Part shown: piece after piece, positions 27,750-37,771 of the stretch
Numbering within the stretch: position 1 is the stretch's first letter
Layout: each line of letters begins with the position of its first letter
Origin: a virus
Lineage: Duplodnaviria > Heunggongvirae > Uroviricota > Caudoviricetes
Length of the DNA: 64,000 nt
Strand: one strand, 5' to 3'
IMG/VR virus record: IMGVR_UViG_3300033076_000726
Span: 55,240 to 119,239 of that record
Made by a program: the position numbers and the translations under genes
The notes under the pieces: generated by a model
What the model was told of the DNA's origin: nothing
Databases searched by the model: none
What the model saw: only the letters and a program-made list of their open reading frames with translations

Positions 27750-29150
27750 TTGTATATGGATTTATTATTTAGACACACACAAGAAAAGACCGATAAAGGT
27801 TTAACAAAATCTTTATGTGAATTACAATTATTACAAGATGATTCCGTTTTGATATTTGACGCTAAGTACGATTTTGAATATAGTAGATATGGAGATAGAA
27901 AGAAAGTATTCTTCCAACATCAACTATGTTTAAACATCAACAACGGAGATATCAATACCACATACTCCATAAAGAATGATAATTTAACAACTGAAAAATC
28001 ATTTAAAAATAAAACAATTTCCAAAAGAAATGATTTCAGTTTGATTTTCGATTTGTGTGAAAATGGTTTTGTTCGAGGTGAAAAAAGAATCGGGTATTGG
28101 GGTGTTAAATTCCACAGAGCACAAGATTCAATTATGAAACTACTGGTTGAAATTCTACAACCCAATTTTACGTTAGAATATTATAGAACAAAGAATTATC
28201 TAAACGACGCCAAGATAAATAGATTATATGATTTAATGGTGGATTATCATTTAGATGTGAAGGGAATTAAATCTCACGATGGTATATACTATGACATCCA
28301 ACACAATTACCCAAAGAAAAAATGGTTAGAGAAAAATGATTTTAAATTTCTTCCTGCAATATTAGATTCATACGGAATTAAATCAAAATATTTGATTGGA
28401 GAGTTAAACAAGAATACAAATAAACCAATACACATACAATCTTTAAATTACATCTGTAAATTATTTGGGAGTAATCATATTGACTACTTGAAACAATTTA
28501 ATTGGGAACAACATTGTTATGAACTACCTCCCAATAAAAGAATACATGAATTGAAAAATGAATCGGAAAAAATGTGTATGGTAAAGACAATAGAAAATTG
28601 GGAAACCGAAACATTAAAAAGTGATTCACTTGTTTATTCACTAAATAAATTATTCTCAATCCGTGAATTATTAGAATCAAAAGGAATTGATTTAAGATAT
28701 AAAGCGAAAACGGATAGTGATTTTGAAAATCATATGGAGACTTGGTCAGGAGTAAAATTACATTTCACCAGAGGATATAAAATAAAGTATGATTTACCAA
28801 AGGAGTTTATTGATGTTATTGAAGAAGAGATTGTTGTCGATGATAAACTTTATAAACCAACTGTATTGGTTTCGGAAGAGGATTATAGAATTGAGGGTTA
28901 TAATATGAAGAACTGCATGGCCAAACAATTCTTACACGGAGCCGTTTATGTTTTCGTATCTATGTCACATAAAAGAAAAAAGATTAACCTACAATATAAA
29001 AAGGGTAAACTAATACAGAGTTATGGTAAAGCGAATACCGCAGTCGACGAGGATTTATTCCAAAGGGCAATTGATATTCTAACCGATAGGATGGAAAAAC
29101 ATCTAACCTTTGATTGGAAAAAAGAAAAATACGATTTCATAACCCATTGA
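27750..29150 (+). CDS. hypothetical protein, paralog family member B
   Basis: 466 aa; ...MKNCMAKQFLHGAVYVFVSMSHKRKKINLQYKKGKLIQ; also shares the mid-region YGIKSKY...ICKLFGSN segment. Confidence 0.6.
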   Translation: MYMDLLFRHTQEKTDKGLTKSLCELQLLQDDSVLIFDAKYDFEYSRYGDRKKVFFQHQLCLNINNGDINTTYSIKNDNLTTEKSFKNKTISKRNDFSLIFDLCENGFVRGEKRIGYWGVKFHRAQDSIMKLLVEILQPNFTLEYYRTKNYLNDAKINRLYDLMVDYHLDVKGIKSHDGIYYDIQHNYPKKKWLEKNDFKFLPAILDSYGIKSKYLIGELNKNTNKPIHIQSLNYICKLFGSNHIDYLKQFNWEQHCYELPPNKRIHELKNESEKMCMVKTIENWETETLKSDSLVYSLNKLFSIRELLESKGIDLRYKAKTDSDFENHMETWSGVKLHFTRGYKIKYDLPKEFIDVIEEEIVVDDKLYKPTVLVSEEDYRIEGYNMKNCMAKQFLHGAVYVFVSMSHKRKKINLQYKKGKLIQSYGKANTAVDEDLFQRAIDILTDRMEKHLTFDWKKEKYDFITH

Positions 29151-29168
29151 TTTTCAATGGGTTTTTTA
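29143..29168 (+). terminator. rho-independent terminator
   Basis: cccattg-atttt-caatggg followed by tttttt; the stop codon lies in the stem. Confidence 0.5.
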
Positions 29169-29257
29169 TTTTTTTAAAAAATATTCTAAAATATTTTTGT
29201 ATATTAAAAATAATCACATAAATTTGTTGTGTTGTTAAACTAATAAACAAAATAAAC

Positions 29258-30235
29258 ATGAAAAAAGAACACGTATTTTTATCTCTATTTGCTGGTTATG
29301 GCGGGTCAAGATTATCTGCTGAGTATGCTGGATTAAATGTTGTTAAACATTACAGTAGTGAAGTGGAAGAGTCTTCAATCAAAGTATTGAACGCAAATTT
29401 TCCCGATACTATTCAAGTTGGTGATGTTCGTAATCTTAAACCCGAAGATTTTTTAGATGTAACCGTTATTGATGGAGGTTCACCATGTCAATGTCTATCA
29501 TTTATGGGTAAGAAAAAAGGTTTCTCAACCACAACTGAGATTGACATTTTAACTTTAGAACATTATGAACAATTGGTATCTGAAGGATTTGAATTCGAAG
29601 GTCAATCATATTTGTTTTGGGAATTCGTTAGGTTATATCGTGGTATTCGCGACCTACAAATTGAAAGAGGTTTACCAGTTCTTAATTTCTTGTTAGAAAA
29701 CGTTAAGATGACAAAGAAGTGGGAGAATGTTATTAGTGACGCGTTAGGTGTTAAACCAATTGTATTTGACGCAGCTCGTGTTTGGGGACAAAGTCGTATT
29801 CGTTTATTTTGGACAGATATTGAAGGAGTACAAGTACCTGAAGATAGAGGAATAACAATTGGTAATATTGTTAATGGTGCAAAGAATGGTGTTGGTTTTA
29901 GAGGTCGTAAAGGTAAAGATGGAAAATATTTTTATCCGAAAACAACTCGAATTGATGGTAAATCAAATTGTTTAGTTACACAACTTGGTTCAACAAATAG
30001 AAAGGGTGAATCATTTGGCACAGGATTTTATGAGACAGAATCTGGTGAGATTAAACAATTAACCATTATGGAAGCGGAAGTACTTCAAGGACTTAAAGCG
30101 GGATATACTAACGTTGAAGGTGTGACCGCAACCAAAAGAATCAAGATGATTGGTAACGGATGGTGTATTCCAGTGACTGGTCACATCTATAGTTTCTTAA
30201 ATAATAAACAAATTTTGAAATCTCAGAAAAAATAA
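29258..30235 (+). CDS. C5-cytosine DNA methyltransferase
   Basis: FAGYGG (motif I), GGSPCQ (motif IV PC), LLENV (motif VI). Confidence 0.9.
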   Translation: MKKEHVFLSLFAGYGGSRLSAEYAGLNVVKHYSSEVEESSIKVLNANFPDTIQVGDVRNLKPEDFLDVTVIDGGSPCQCLSFMGKKKGFSTTTEIDILTLEHYEQLVSEGFEFEGQSYLFWEFVRLYRGIRDLQIERGLPVLNFLLENVKMTKKWENVISDALGVKPIVFDAARVWGQSRIRLFWTDIEGVQVPEDRGITIGNIVNGAKNGVGFRGRKGKDGKYFYPKTTRIDGKSNCLVTQLGSTNRKGESFGTGFYETESGEIKQLTIMEAEVLQGLKAGYTNVEGVTATKRIKMIGNGWCIPVTGHIYSFLNNKQILKSQKK

Positions 30236-30303
30236 CTATATTAGATTTATGGAACCGAAAGAATCAAAATCAAATAGTCATTTTTGGATAAGTATTTTTA
30301 AAT

Positions 30304-30330
30304 CAGGCATCAGATTTGGTGCCTGTTTTT
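30304..30330 (+). terminator. rho-independent terminator
   Basis: caggca-(10 nt)-tgcctg then ttttt. Confidence 0.5.
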
Positions 30331-30424
30331 CTCTTTTCCAAGGACACTTAGAAGTTGCGGCAATTTTATTGGGACTTGCTGAAGTTTTAGGAATTGCGGA
30401 GGAAATATTTTAAACATAAATAAA

Positions 30425-30694
30425 ATGAAAACATTTAAAGACATTCAATTTGAAATCATTTCAGATGATTTTATGAAAGGAAAAACTGGTCGCATCAATT
30501 TTGAAAATGGATGGGGAGCTTCTGTTGTATCTCACACATATTCATACGGTGGTCCTGCCGGTTTATACGAATTGGCGGTTTTAGATTCTGAAGGTGAACT
30601 ACATTATGAGAATCCCGTAGCTCAAGGTGATGTAAGAGGACATCTAACAGAAGATGAAGTAACCGATTTACTAATCGAAATACAAAACTTATAA
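30425..30694 (+). CDS. hypothetical protein
   Basis: 89-aa ORF. Confidence 0.5.
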   Translation: MKTFKDIQFEIISDDFMKGKTGRINFENGWGASVVSHTYSYGGPAGLYELAVLDSEGELHYENPVAQGDVRGHLTEDEVTDLLIEIQNL

Positions 30695-30696
30695 AA

Positions 30697-30972
30697 ATGT
30701 CATCACAAGTAAAATTTTACATCGTAAGTCTTTTAATTGGGTTTACAATAATATCAATCAAATATGTAAACTCAATTGACGAACTAAAAAAATGTCAAAC
30801 CGATAAGTACCACGTTAGTGGTGGAGATATTCAAAAAGAAGAATTACAAGATTCATTATTCATACTTCAAAGTAACTTAGGAAGATATGAAATGGCACTT
30901 GAAATTTTAAAAGAAAAAGACAGTCTCTCAGCACAAAAGTTTGAGGAGATATTATTCACCGAAACTGAATAA
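30697..30972 (+). CDS. hypothetical protein with N-terminal TM
   Basis: YIVSLLIGFTIISI anchor. Confidence 0.45.
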   Translation: MSSQVKFYIVSLLIGFTIISIKYVNSIDELKKCQTDKYHVSGGDIQKEELQDSLFILQSNLGRYEMALEILKEKDSLSAQKFEEILFTETE

Positions 30973-31279
30973 AATGAGTAAAAGGCAAGGGGAGTTCCAT
31001 TTAGGTAATGGAGACTTCATAAATTTAAAAACATCACAAATAGTAAAATTAACCGAAAATTTTACAATCTATTCTGAGGATGGGCCAATAACAATAAATG
31101 TTGAAGTATCTTCAGATTTCGCAAAAATACCTGAAAAATATCACGAAATCTTTTTTAATGTTTTATCTTCAAAATATTTAAATAAGGTGAATTTTGGTGA
31201 TAATCCATTTTCAGAATGTCGACCAATTATCAAAAGAAAATGGTGGCAATTTTGGAAACCAAAATACATAGAACAATAA
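30941..31279 (+). CDS. hypothetical protein
   Basis: 112-aa ORF. Confidence 0.45.
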   Translation: MRRYYSPKLNKMSKRQGEFHLGNGDFINLKTSQIVKLTENFTIYSEDGPITINVEVSSDFAKIPEKYHEIFFNVLSSKYLNKVNFGDNPFSECRPIIKRKWWQFWKPKYIEQ

Positions 31280-31290
31280 AAAACCACTAT

Positions 31291-31434
31291 ATGATTTACA
31301 TTTTAATTGGATTAACTGTGTCCATAATATGGATTGGATTTGAAATGTGGAGAGCACCTATGATGGATGAACAAACCGGTAAAGTAATAAAACCAGGTAA
31401 AAAACTTAGTGACATATGGCAAAAGCGATTTTAG
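31291..31434 (+). CDS. small membrane peptide
   Basis: ATG at 31291 gives MIYILIGLTVSIIWIGFEMW...; the track ORF 31216 overlaps the upstream gene. Confidence 0.35.
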   Translation: MIYILIGLTVSIIWIGFEMWRAPMMDEQTGKVIKPGKKLSDIWQKRF

Positions 31435-31676
31435 AGTTTGACTTAAATGACCATGATGATAAAATGGCACACAAACGTGCTATTAAATCAACAGACTTAG
31501 CACTTGCTCTTTGGGAGATTGAAATGAATCTAAGAAAGAGACTCGAAAGAGAATTAGAATTCAAAGAGTTTAAAAATGAGGATGTTGAGGTTTATGATGT
31601 TATTGATATGTGTATGGATAACATACTTAAAACAATCGGCGACCATAATATTGACATTGAAGATTTAATAGAATAA
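31416..31676 (+). CDS. hypothetical protein
   Basis: 86-aa ORF. Confidence 0.5.
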   Translation: MAKAILEFDLNDHDDKMAHKRAIKSTDLALALWEIEMNLRKRLERELEFKEFKNEDVEVYDVIDMCMDNILKTIGDHNIDIEDLIE

Positions 31677-31680
31677 AATT

Positions 31681-32013
31681 ATGATTACTGTAACAGATAA
31701 AGCGTTACATCACCTATTAGAATTGATGGTGAGTGAAGGTTTAACACCCGACACCCACCATCTTCGCGTTAGTGTGATTGGCGGAGGATGTAGTGGACTC
31801 TCATATAAGATGGATTTTGATGATGTTGAAGATATCACAGATGAAGTGGTTCAATTGGACGGAGGATTAAAAGTGGTTATTGATAGAAAATCAATATTAT
31901 ATCTTTTTGGTACCGAACTAGATTATTCTGACGGGTTAAATGGTAAGGGATTTAGTTGGGGTAATCCAAATGCAAGTAGAACTTGTGGATGTGGTGAATC
32001 TTTTTCATTATGA
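31681..32013 (+). CDS. HesB/IscA-family iron-sulfur cluster insertion (A-type carrier) protein
   Basis: [15 protein letters not shown] and C-terminal CGCGESF signature. Confidence 0.85.
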   Translation: MITVTDKALHHLLELMVSEGLTPDTHHLRVSVIGGGCSGLSYKMDFDDVEDITDEVVQLDGGLKVVIDRKSILYLFGTELDYSDGLNGKGFSWGNPNASRTCGCGESFSL

Positions 32014-32732
32014 GAATTGCCGTTTTAGTTTTTGGTGAGTATAGAGAACTGGACATTGCAATTAAATCGTGGAAATTTTTAAATGAATACGATTGTGATG
32101 TCTATGTCTCAACTTGGGATAAATCTATTCAGATAAGGAACGATTTAAACATTAACATCATAGAAGATGTCACATTAGATAGGATTCTCAATCAATTACC
32201 AAACGCAACAGTTTCAATTAAAAACCAAGACGATGTTAGTTTTCTAAATGGGAACACACAGAAGATGTTTTATCATTGGAAGGAATCGTTTAGGTTGATG
32301 AAAGAAAGTAATAAACATTATGATTCTATAATGTTATTAAGACCTGACCTTCATTTCGAATTAAACGACCACTCAATATTTCGTGAGTTAAACGAAATAG
32401 ACACACTCTATTGTAATAAGTTAATAAATGCTAGTGGTTACGTTTCACCAAAGCCATTTCTTTTAACAGATACATTTTATTTTGGGAACCACAATGAGAT
32501 GTGTAAATTCATAAGTGAATTAGATGTTGTTTCTTCGGAAGTTAATCCACATAAACAATTATATAAGTTATCCACAAAATTGGGATTAAAAACAAAGATT
32601 GTGGATTTTGATATAATCATAATGAGACCAACATTAAGGGAAATAACATCACCATCAATTGAAACAATCCGTGAGAAGTTTTATGAATGGAAATTCATCG
32701 ATACTCCATTAAATAAAACTAAGTTAGTATAA
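32010..32732 (+). CDS. hypothetical protein, paralog of 52654-53505
   Basis: [14 protein letters not shown]...[20 protein letters not shown] shared with the 52654 ORF. Confidence 0.55.
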   Translation: MRIAVLVFGEYRELDIAIKSWKFLNEYDCDVYVSTWDKSIQIRNDLNINIIEDVTLDRILNQLPNATVSIKNQDDVSFLNGNTQKMFYHWKESFRLMKESNKHYDSIMLLRPDLHFELNDHSIFRELNEIDTLYCNKLINASGYVSPKPFLLTDTFYFGNHNEMCKFISELDVVSSEVNPHKQLYKLSTKLGLKTKIVDFDIIIMRPTLREITSPSIETIREKFYEWKFIDTPLNKTKLV

Positions 32733-32788
32733 TTTTTTATTTTCAATTTTTTTTAGTATCTTTAGATAAACATTTAAATTATAAAGTT

Positions 32789-33070
32789 ATGCCAGAATTT
32801 ACAGCAGAAGTTGACATCGACCCAAGTGAGTTCATTGACTCATGTAGTAAAAGTGAAAGAAAAAGATTAGTTGAAATCTTAATTGAAGACGGCGACATCG
32901 ACCCACCACAGGATGAAGTGTGGAAAAATAATGGAGTTAAAAACCCCAACATAAACGATTTGACGTTTTGGAATAGTTTAGACCATTTAAAAAAATGTAG
33001 GGACTTATTGTCAATTCACGAAGAAAACTACATCAATAACATGGCGGCGAAGTATAAACACTTACGTTAA
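32789..33070 (+). CDS. hypothetical acidic protein
   Basis: 93-aa ORF. Confidence 0.5.
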   Translation: MPEFTAEVDIDPSEFIDSCSKSERKRLVEILIEDGDIDPPQDEVWKNNGVKNPNINDLTFWNSLDHLKKCRDLLSIHEENYINNMAAKYKHLR

Positions 33071-33780
33071 TGAAGGTATTGGAATTGTTTGCGGGCAGTC
33101 GCTCGGTTGGTAAAATTTCCGAAAGTTTAGGGATGGAAGTTTTTTCATCTGACTTGGTTGAATTTGAAGGGATTCATTATCCAATTAGTATATTGGATTT
33201 TGATGTAAAGAAAGTACCGTTTAAACCAGATGTTATTTGGGCATCACCCCCATGTACAAGTTTTAGTGTTGCATCATTAGGACACCATTGGACTGGAGGT
33301 AAAGGTGCTTACATTCCTAAAACAGATGGCGCAAGATTAGGTATCGAGTTAGTTAAGAAAACAATAGAAATAATAGAACATTTTAATCCAAGATATTGGT
33401 TCATGGAAAATCCAAGAGGAGTACTTCGTAAAATGCCATTCATGGCAGACTTTAAACGACACACAGTAACATATTGTCAATATGGTGATGAACGAATGAA
33501 ACCAACTGACATATGGACCAATAGCAATATGTGGGTTCCTCGTCCAATGTGTAAGAATGGTGACCCTTGTCATGTTGCAGCACCAAGAGGTTCTAAAACG
33601 GGAACACAAGGCAGAAGTAACGCATATGAAAGAAGTAAAATTCCTGAACAGTTATGTTTAGAAATATTATCAAGTTGTATGAATAATGACAAACCGTTTT
33701 ATTGTTCTGTTGAAGATGATGGTGGAGATAGATGTGACAAACAATGTAACAGATGTCGAATGACTGAAGAAAATGAGTAA
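33070..33780 (+). CDS. C5-cytosine DNA methyltransferase (compact)
   Basis: LELFAGSRSVG (motif I-like), ASPPCTSFSVAS (PC motif IV), FMENPRG (ENV-like), Cys-rich C-terminus. Confidence 0.8.
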   Translation: MKVLELFAGSRSVGKISESLGMEVFSSDLVEFEGIHYPISILDFDVKKVPFKPDVIWASPPCTSFSVASLGHHWTGGKGAYIPKTDGARLGIELVKKTIEIIEHFNPRYWFMENPRGVLRKMPFMADFKRHTVTYCQYGDERMKPTDIWTNSNMWVPRPMCKNGDPCHVAAPRGSKTGTQGRSNAYERSKIPEQLCLEILSSCMNNDKPFYCSVEDDGGDRCDKQCNRCRMTEENE

Positions 33781-33782
33781 AA

Positions 33783-34463
33783 ATGAAAATAAAACATCCT
33801 TTAGTTAAAGGTAAAGTAAAAGAAATAAAACCATACATCTATTGTGTTTCAGTTGATGACAACTATGATAGAGCTATGTTGTTTTGTCGTTATCAAGAAT
33901 TTTACGAATCACCATATAAACAATTCAGAGGAAAATATTTCACATGGATGGAGTATATGAAATTCTATAAGAATGTTTGGAAAAAAGATGTATTCACATA
34001 TCCTGAAGATTGGTCTGGTTATAATATCCCATCTAATGTTTTAGAAAAGGCACACGATAAGTTTTATAAAGAAACTGAATATGATAATATAATGAATGAC
34101 ATTTATTTTTATTGTGCATTAGATGCTCAAAATAAAAATAATGGGACAAGACATGATTGGTATTTGATTGGTGCAAGTTCTAAAGATAAAGGTACTATGA
34201 ACCACGAGATTGCACATGGTTTATATTATACAAATAAAGAATACAAATTAAGAATGACGTATCAATTATCTTTAATCCCTAAAAAGACTATGGATAAAAT
34301 AGATAAGAAACTTATAAAGATGGGATATGTCAATGATAGAAAAATTTTAGATGACGAAGCACAAGCATTTCTATCAACCGGTCTTTATAATGGTTTGGAT
34401 ATTAAAGAAATTGAGAAGTATGAAAAACCATTCATAAAAGTATTCAAAGAATTTAATAGATGA
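33783..34463 (+). CDS. hypothetical protein with HExxH motif
   Basis: TMNHEIAHGLYY; possible zincin-like metallopeptidase. Confidence 0.45.
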   Translation: MKIKHPLVKGKVKEIKPYIYCVSVDDNYDRAMLFCRYQEFYESPYKQFRGKYFTWMEYMKFYKNVWKKDVFTYPEDWSGYNIPSNVLEKAHDKFYKETEYDNIMNDIYFYCALDAQNKNNGTRHDWYLIGASSKDKGTMNHEIAHGLYYTNKEYKLRMTYQLSLIPKKTMDKIDKKLIKMGYVNDRKILDDEAQAFLSTGLYNGLDIKEIEKYEKPFIKVFKEFNR

Positions 34464-34807
34464 GAATATATCGATTCTATAAAGACGAATATGGTTGGTT
34501 CATAGACTTGCCTGGATGGGAAGGTGAGAAATATGATTTACAAATGGTTGCGGGTGCGGATACATTTTTAGATTTATTATCTCAAGGAGAAACTGATGTA
34601 TATGTTACATTATCCACTAAGCCATTTGAGAATTGTGAAGTGTTAATGTTTGAACATTATGGTAGATTAGAGGCATGGGAATTGGGTGAAGGTGCTTGGT
34701 ATGTGTTAAGTACTTATAAAGGACAACATTACGATTTAAAGATGTGGTTATGTGATGTAACCAAATTTGTATTTGGGGATTTACCTGATAAAATATATTT
34801 TAGATGA
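34460..34807 (+). CDS. hypothetical protein
   Basis: 115-aa ORF. Confidence 0.5.
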   Translation: MRIYRFYKDEYGWFIDLPGWEGEKYDLQMVAGADTFLDLLSQGETDVYVTLSTKPFENCEVLMFEHYGRLEAWELGEGAWYVLSTYKGQHYDLKMWLCDVTKFVFGDLPDKIYFR

Positions 34808-35397
34808 AAGTAATATTTTTAGACCACGATGGTGTGATATGTTTATCAACCGAATGGGGTGGTCGGTTTAAGAAACAAAGAGAAGCAGGTAGGAAATTAT
34901 CACAATCGGTAGCATCGTTACCCGTGATGTCCCGTTTTGATAACTTCAATAAAAAGGCAATCAAAGTTTTGAATGAAATCTTGGAAGAAACTAATGCTGA
35001 AATTGTTGTCTCATCTGATTGGAAAAGATGGGCAACTGTTGAGGAGATGGGTGAGTATTATGAATCACAAGGTCTCAAAAAGAAACCAATAGACTTTACA
35101 CCAAACTTGGGTCAATGTACTTGGTACATCGGAGCATATCCTGCAGGATTTGTTTGGTCTCGTGAATGGGAATTGGAACAAACAAGAAGTATTGAGATTA
35201 AACAATACTTGGTTGACCATCCTGAAATAACACATTGGGTTGCTATTGATGATTTGAGAATGGGTAAAACTGGTTTGGATTATTCCATTTCATATGAACA
35301 TGAATGGGGTTTAGATAATTTTGTTGAAACACCATTAAGTTCTGAAGGGATTAAACAAAGCGGTATTAAAGATAAGATTTTAAAATTTTTATTATGA
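34804..35397 (+). CDS. HAD-superfamily hydrolase-like protein
   Basis: MKVIFLDHDGVI (DxDGx motif I), SSDWKRW, WVAIDDL (DD motif). Confidence 0.45.
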   Translation: MKVIFLDHDGVICLSTEWGGRFKKQREAGRKLSQSVASLPVMSRFDNFNKKAIKVLNEILEETNAEIVVSSDWKRWATVEEMGEYYESQGLKKKPIDFTPNLGQCTWYIGAYPAGFVWSREWELEQTRSIEIKQYLVDHPEITHWVAIDDLRMGKTGLDYSISYEHEWGLDNFVETPLSSEGIKQSGIKDKILKFLL

Positions 35398-35657
35398 TGA
35401 CATTCATATTGTTGATAATATTGGCAGGTTTTTGTTTACCCGAACCTCCTGGTATATTAGGTGTACTCCTCCATTATTATGTTTTTGGTGGTAAAGAAGA
35501 AGAACAAAGAGAGATAAGAAAGTGGCAAAGACTTAATGAAATTGAAAGGGAATTGAGAAAAGATGGTAAAACTCTTCACGATGAAATTAAATTGGCACGA
35601 AAAGGTAAAAGTAAATATTTTAAGACATTAGGGAGTTATGAAGAAACTGATTTGTAA
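35394..35657 (+). CDS. hypothetical protein with N-terminal TM
   Basis: 87-aa ORF. Confidence 0.45.
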   Translation: MMTFILLIILAGFCLPEPPGILGVLLHYYVFGGKEEEQREIRKWQRLNEIERELRKDGKTLHDEIKLARKGKSKYFKTLGSYEETDL

Positions 35658-35820
35658 ATTGTTCGGACACAAATATTCATACAATTTTGTATGGATGCCA
35701 TCTAAATGTATTTGTAAAAGATGTGGTATGAAATGGAAAACGATTGATAATCCGAATTATATTCCGGGCGAATCTAATCCATTGTCTGAAGATTTAAAAG
35801 TTTGGGTGGAAGATAATTAG
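35638..35820 (+). CDS. small zinc-ribbon protein
   Basis: CKLFGHKY...CICKRCG. Confidence 0.4.
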   Translation: MKKLICKLFGHKYSYNFVWMPSKCICKRCGMKWKTIDNPNYIPGESNPLSEDLKVWVEDN

Positions 35821-35838
35821 AATTAAACAAATAACATT

Positions 35839-36009
35839 ATGACAAGTTTTTTTATAGTTGCAATTATAGTTTTTAGTTTCTCGGCATTGATTTCATATTT
35901 TTGGGTGAGAGGATTTGACTACATGATGAAGAATCATCCCGATTATAAGGGTGACGATTTGTTTGGTGAGTTTGATGAGAATGATAAAAATCAAATAGGT
36001 AATGGCTAA
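35839..36009 (+). CDS. small membrane peptide (below cutoff)
   Basis: Own translation MTSFFIVAIIVFSFSALISYFWVRGFDYMMKNHPDYKGDDLFGEFDENDKNQIGNG. Confidence 0.3.
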   Translation: MTSFFIVAIIVFSFSALISYFWVRGFDYMMKNHPDYKGDDLFGEFDENDKNQIGNG

Positions 36010-36397
36010 AAAGAAACCAGATTTAGTTGTATGGGATGAAGAGAAAGGTTACTATCAAAGAGGATTAACTTATGGTAGTAATCAAGGCGCACCTGCAATT
36101 AAATTAGAAGATGTTGGAGGGTGGAAACAAATGCAGGCGGGAGTTGCCAATAAACAATTCAAAACAAAATACGAAGAACTTGTTGAGGAGTTTAAGAAAC
36201 TTGTTGATGAAGTGAATTGGAATGAATTGGTATACCAATCCACATACTCATTTATACCCGTTATGAATGAAATTTATCATTTATATGTTAGGGAAGATGA
36301 GACTACCTTTTTATCGTTAATATCCCCCGACCAATGGAATAAAAAATACGTCGGGTCATTCAAATTAGATTCAACTCAAAAATGGGTAAAAGTGTAG
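36002..36397 (+). CDS. hypothetical protein
   Basis: 131-aa ORF. Confidence 0.5.
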   Translation: MAKKKPDLVVWDEEKGYYQRGLTYGSNQGAPAIKLEDVGGWKQMQAGVANKQFKTKYEELVEEFKKLVDEVNWNELVYQSTYSFIPVMNEIYHLYVREDETTFLSLISPDQWNKKYVGSFKLDSTQKWVKV

Positions 36398-36418
36398 TTT
36401 ATTGATATTTATATTGAT

Positions 36419-37696
36419 ATGAAGAATAATCTTAAAGAACAGTTAGAGAGAATACACAAATTAAACTACGGAAAACAAGTAGTAAATGAAGGTTTTTTAG
36501 ATAAATTACTCGGTAGAAAAGACGAAAAGAAAGCCGATGTAGTCGAACCCGACGTTCAAAAATTCTTCGACACATTAGAAACAGCATCCAAAGGTAACGG
36601 AATCACTCAACAAGAAAGAGGTTCAATGACGTTCCAAAAGGAAGTTGAAACTATGCAAATTGGTTTAATACTTCTTGGATATGAATTACCTAGATTTGGT
36701 GTTGATGGTTTATTTGGTCCTGAAACGGGTGCCGCGGTTCAAAAATTTAAAAAGGATAATTCACAATTAAATGAAGATGCCGCTGATTTAAGAAATACCT
36801 TATCTTCATTAGGATATCAAGAAAAATCGGGACAATTAACAAGTGGTGGAGATATTTCCGACGAACTTAGTAATATTGTTAGTGAGGTATTAAAAACATT
36901 TAAAAGTCAAAAACCAAATGTTAAAGTGGTAGTTACATCAGGTAACGATAAGTTTCACCAAGGTGTCGGATATAATAGTAAACACACTTTAGGTCAGGCG
37001 GTTGATTTGGTTCTTCAACCATATAATAGTGAAAACGCAAATGCATTTAAATCTATCTTAGATTCTTTCAAATCTAAGAACAACAAATTCAATTATATTG
37101 ATGAATATACCAACCCATCAAAAGCCTCAACAGGAGGACATTTTCACTTACAATATGGGGAAGGTGTGGGTTCATCAGTTACTGGAGAAGTTGCAACACC
37201 CGAAATGTTGCAAAAGTTAATTCAATTATTGAAAGAAAGAGGTGTTAAGGCAAGTGAGATTCAACAATATAGTAATGTTAGTAACATAAATTATACTGGT
37301 TCAACTGACAACGAATTCTATAAAACATTATTAACCGCACTACAAGCACCTGTTACCCAAGAGAATATGAAATTCCTATTTGCGTGGAGACAAGCGGAAG
37401 GTAAGGGTGGAATAAACAATCCATTCAATACGACTTGGGATTTACCTGGTTCAACAGTAATGAACTCACACGGAGTTAGAAACTATAAGAGTGCACAAGA
37501 TGGTTTAGTTGCAACAATTAAAACCCTTAAAAACGGTAGATATAATTGTATTTTAAGTGGATTAAGAAACGATTTAGGTGCCGATAGAATTGCACAATGC
37601 GAATCCCTAAAAACTTGGGGTACGGGTGATTTAGTTGCTAAAGTCGTTAGTAGTTACAATGCGGGGGCTTCACCTAAAATTGCTAGTTTAGCTTAA
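36419..37696 (+). CDS. cell-wall hydrolase/endolysin: peptidoglycan-binding domain plus peptidase M15
   Basis: GLILLGYELPRFGVDGLFGPETGAAVQKFK (PG_binding_1-like); VVTSGNDKFH...HTLGQAVD (H-x6-D) and GGHFHLQY zinc ligands. Confidence 0.7.
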   Translation: MKNNLKEQLERIHKLNYGKQVVNEGFLDKLLGRKDEKKADVVEPDVQKFFDTLETASKGNGITQQERGSMTFQKEVETMQIGLILLGYELPRFGVDGLFGPETGAAVQKFKKDNSQLNEDAADLRNTLSSLGYQEKSGQLTSGGDISDELSNIVSEVLKTFKSQKPNVKVVVTSGNDKFHQGVGYNSKHTLGQAVDLVLQPYNSENANAFKSILDSFKSKNNKFNYIDEYTNPSKASTGGHFHLQYGEGVGSSVTGEVATPEMLQKLIQLLKERGVKASEIQQYSNVSNINYTGSTDNEFYKTLLTALQAPVTQENMKFLFAWRQAEGKGGINNPFNTTWDLPGSTVMNSHGVRNYKSAQDGLVATIKTLKNGRYNCILSGLRNDLGADRIAQCESLKTWGTGDLVAKVVSSYNAGASPKIASLA

Positions 37697-37771
37697 TATT
37701 TTTATAATTTTTAAAGATTTTATTGGATATTTCAAATAATAAGTTTAGATTTACACTCTAAACTTATTATT

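Noticed and set aside
30249-30413. 54-aa ORF (MEPKESKSNSHFW...) downstream of the C5-methyltransferase
   Set aside because: It contains the terminator hairpin and T-run within its frame, so it is more likely non-coding.
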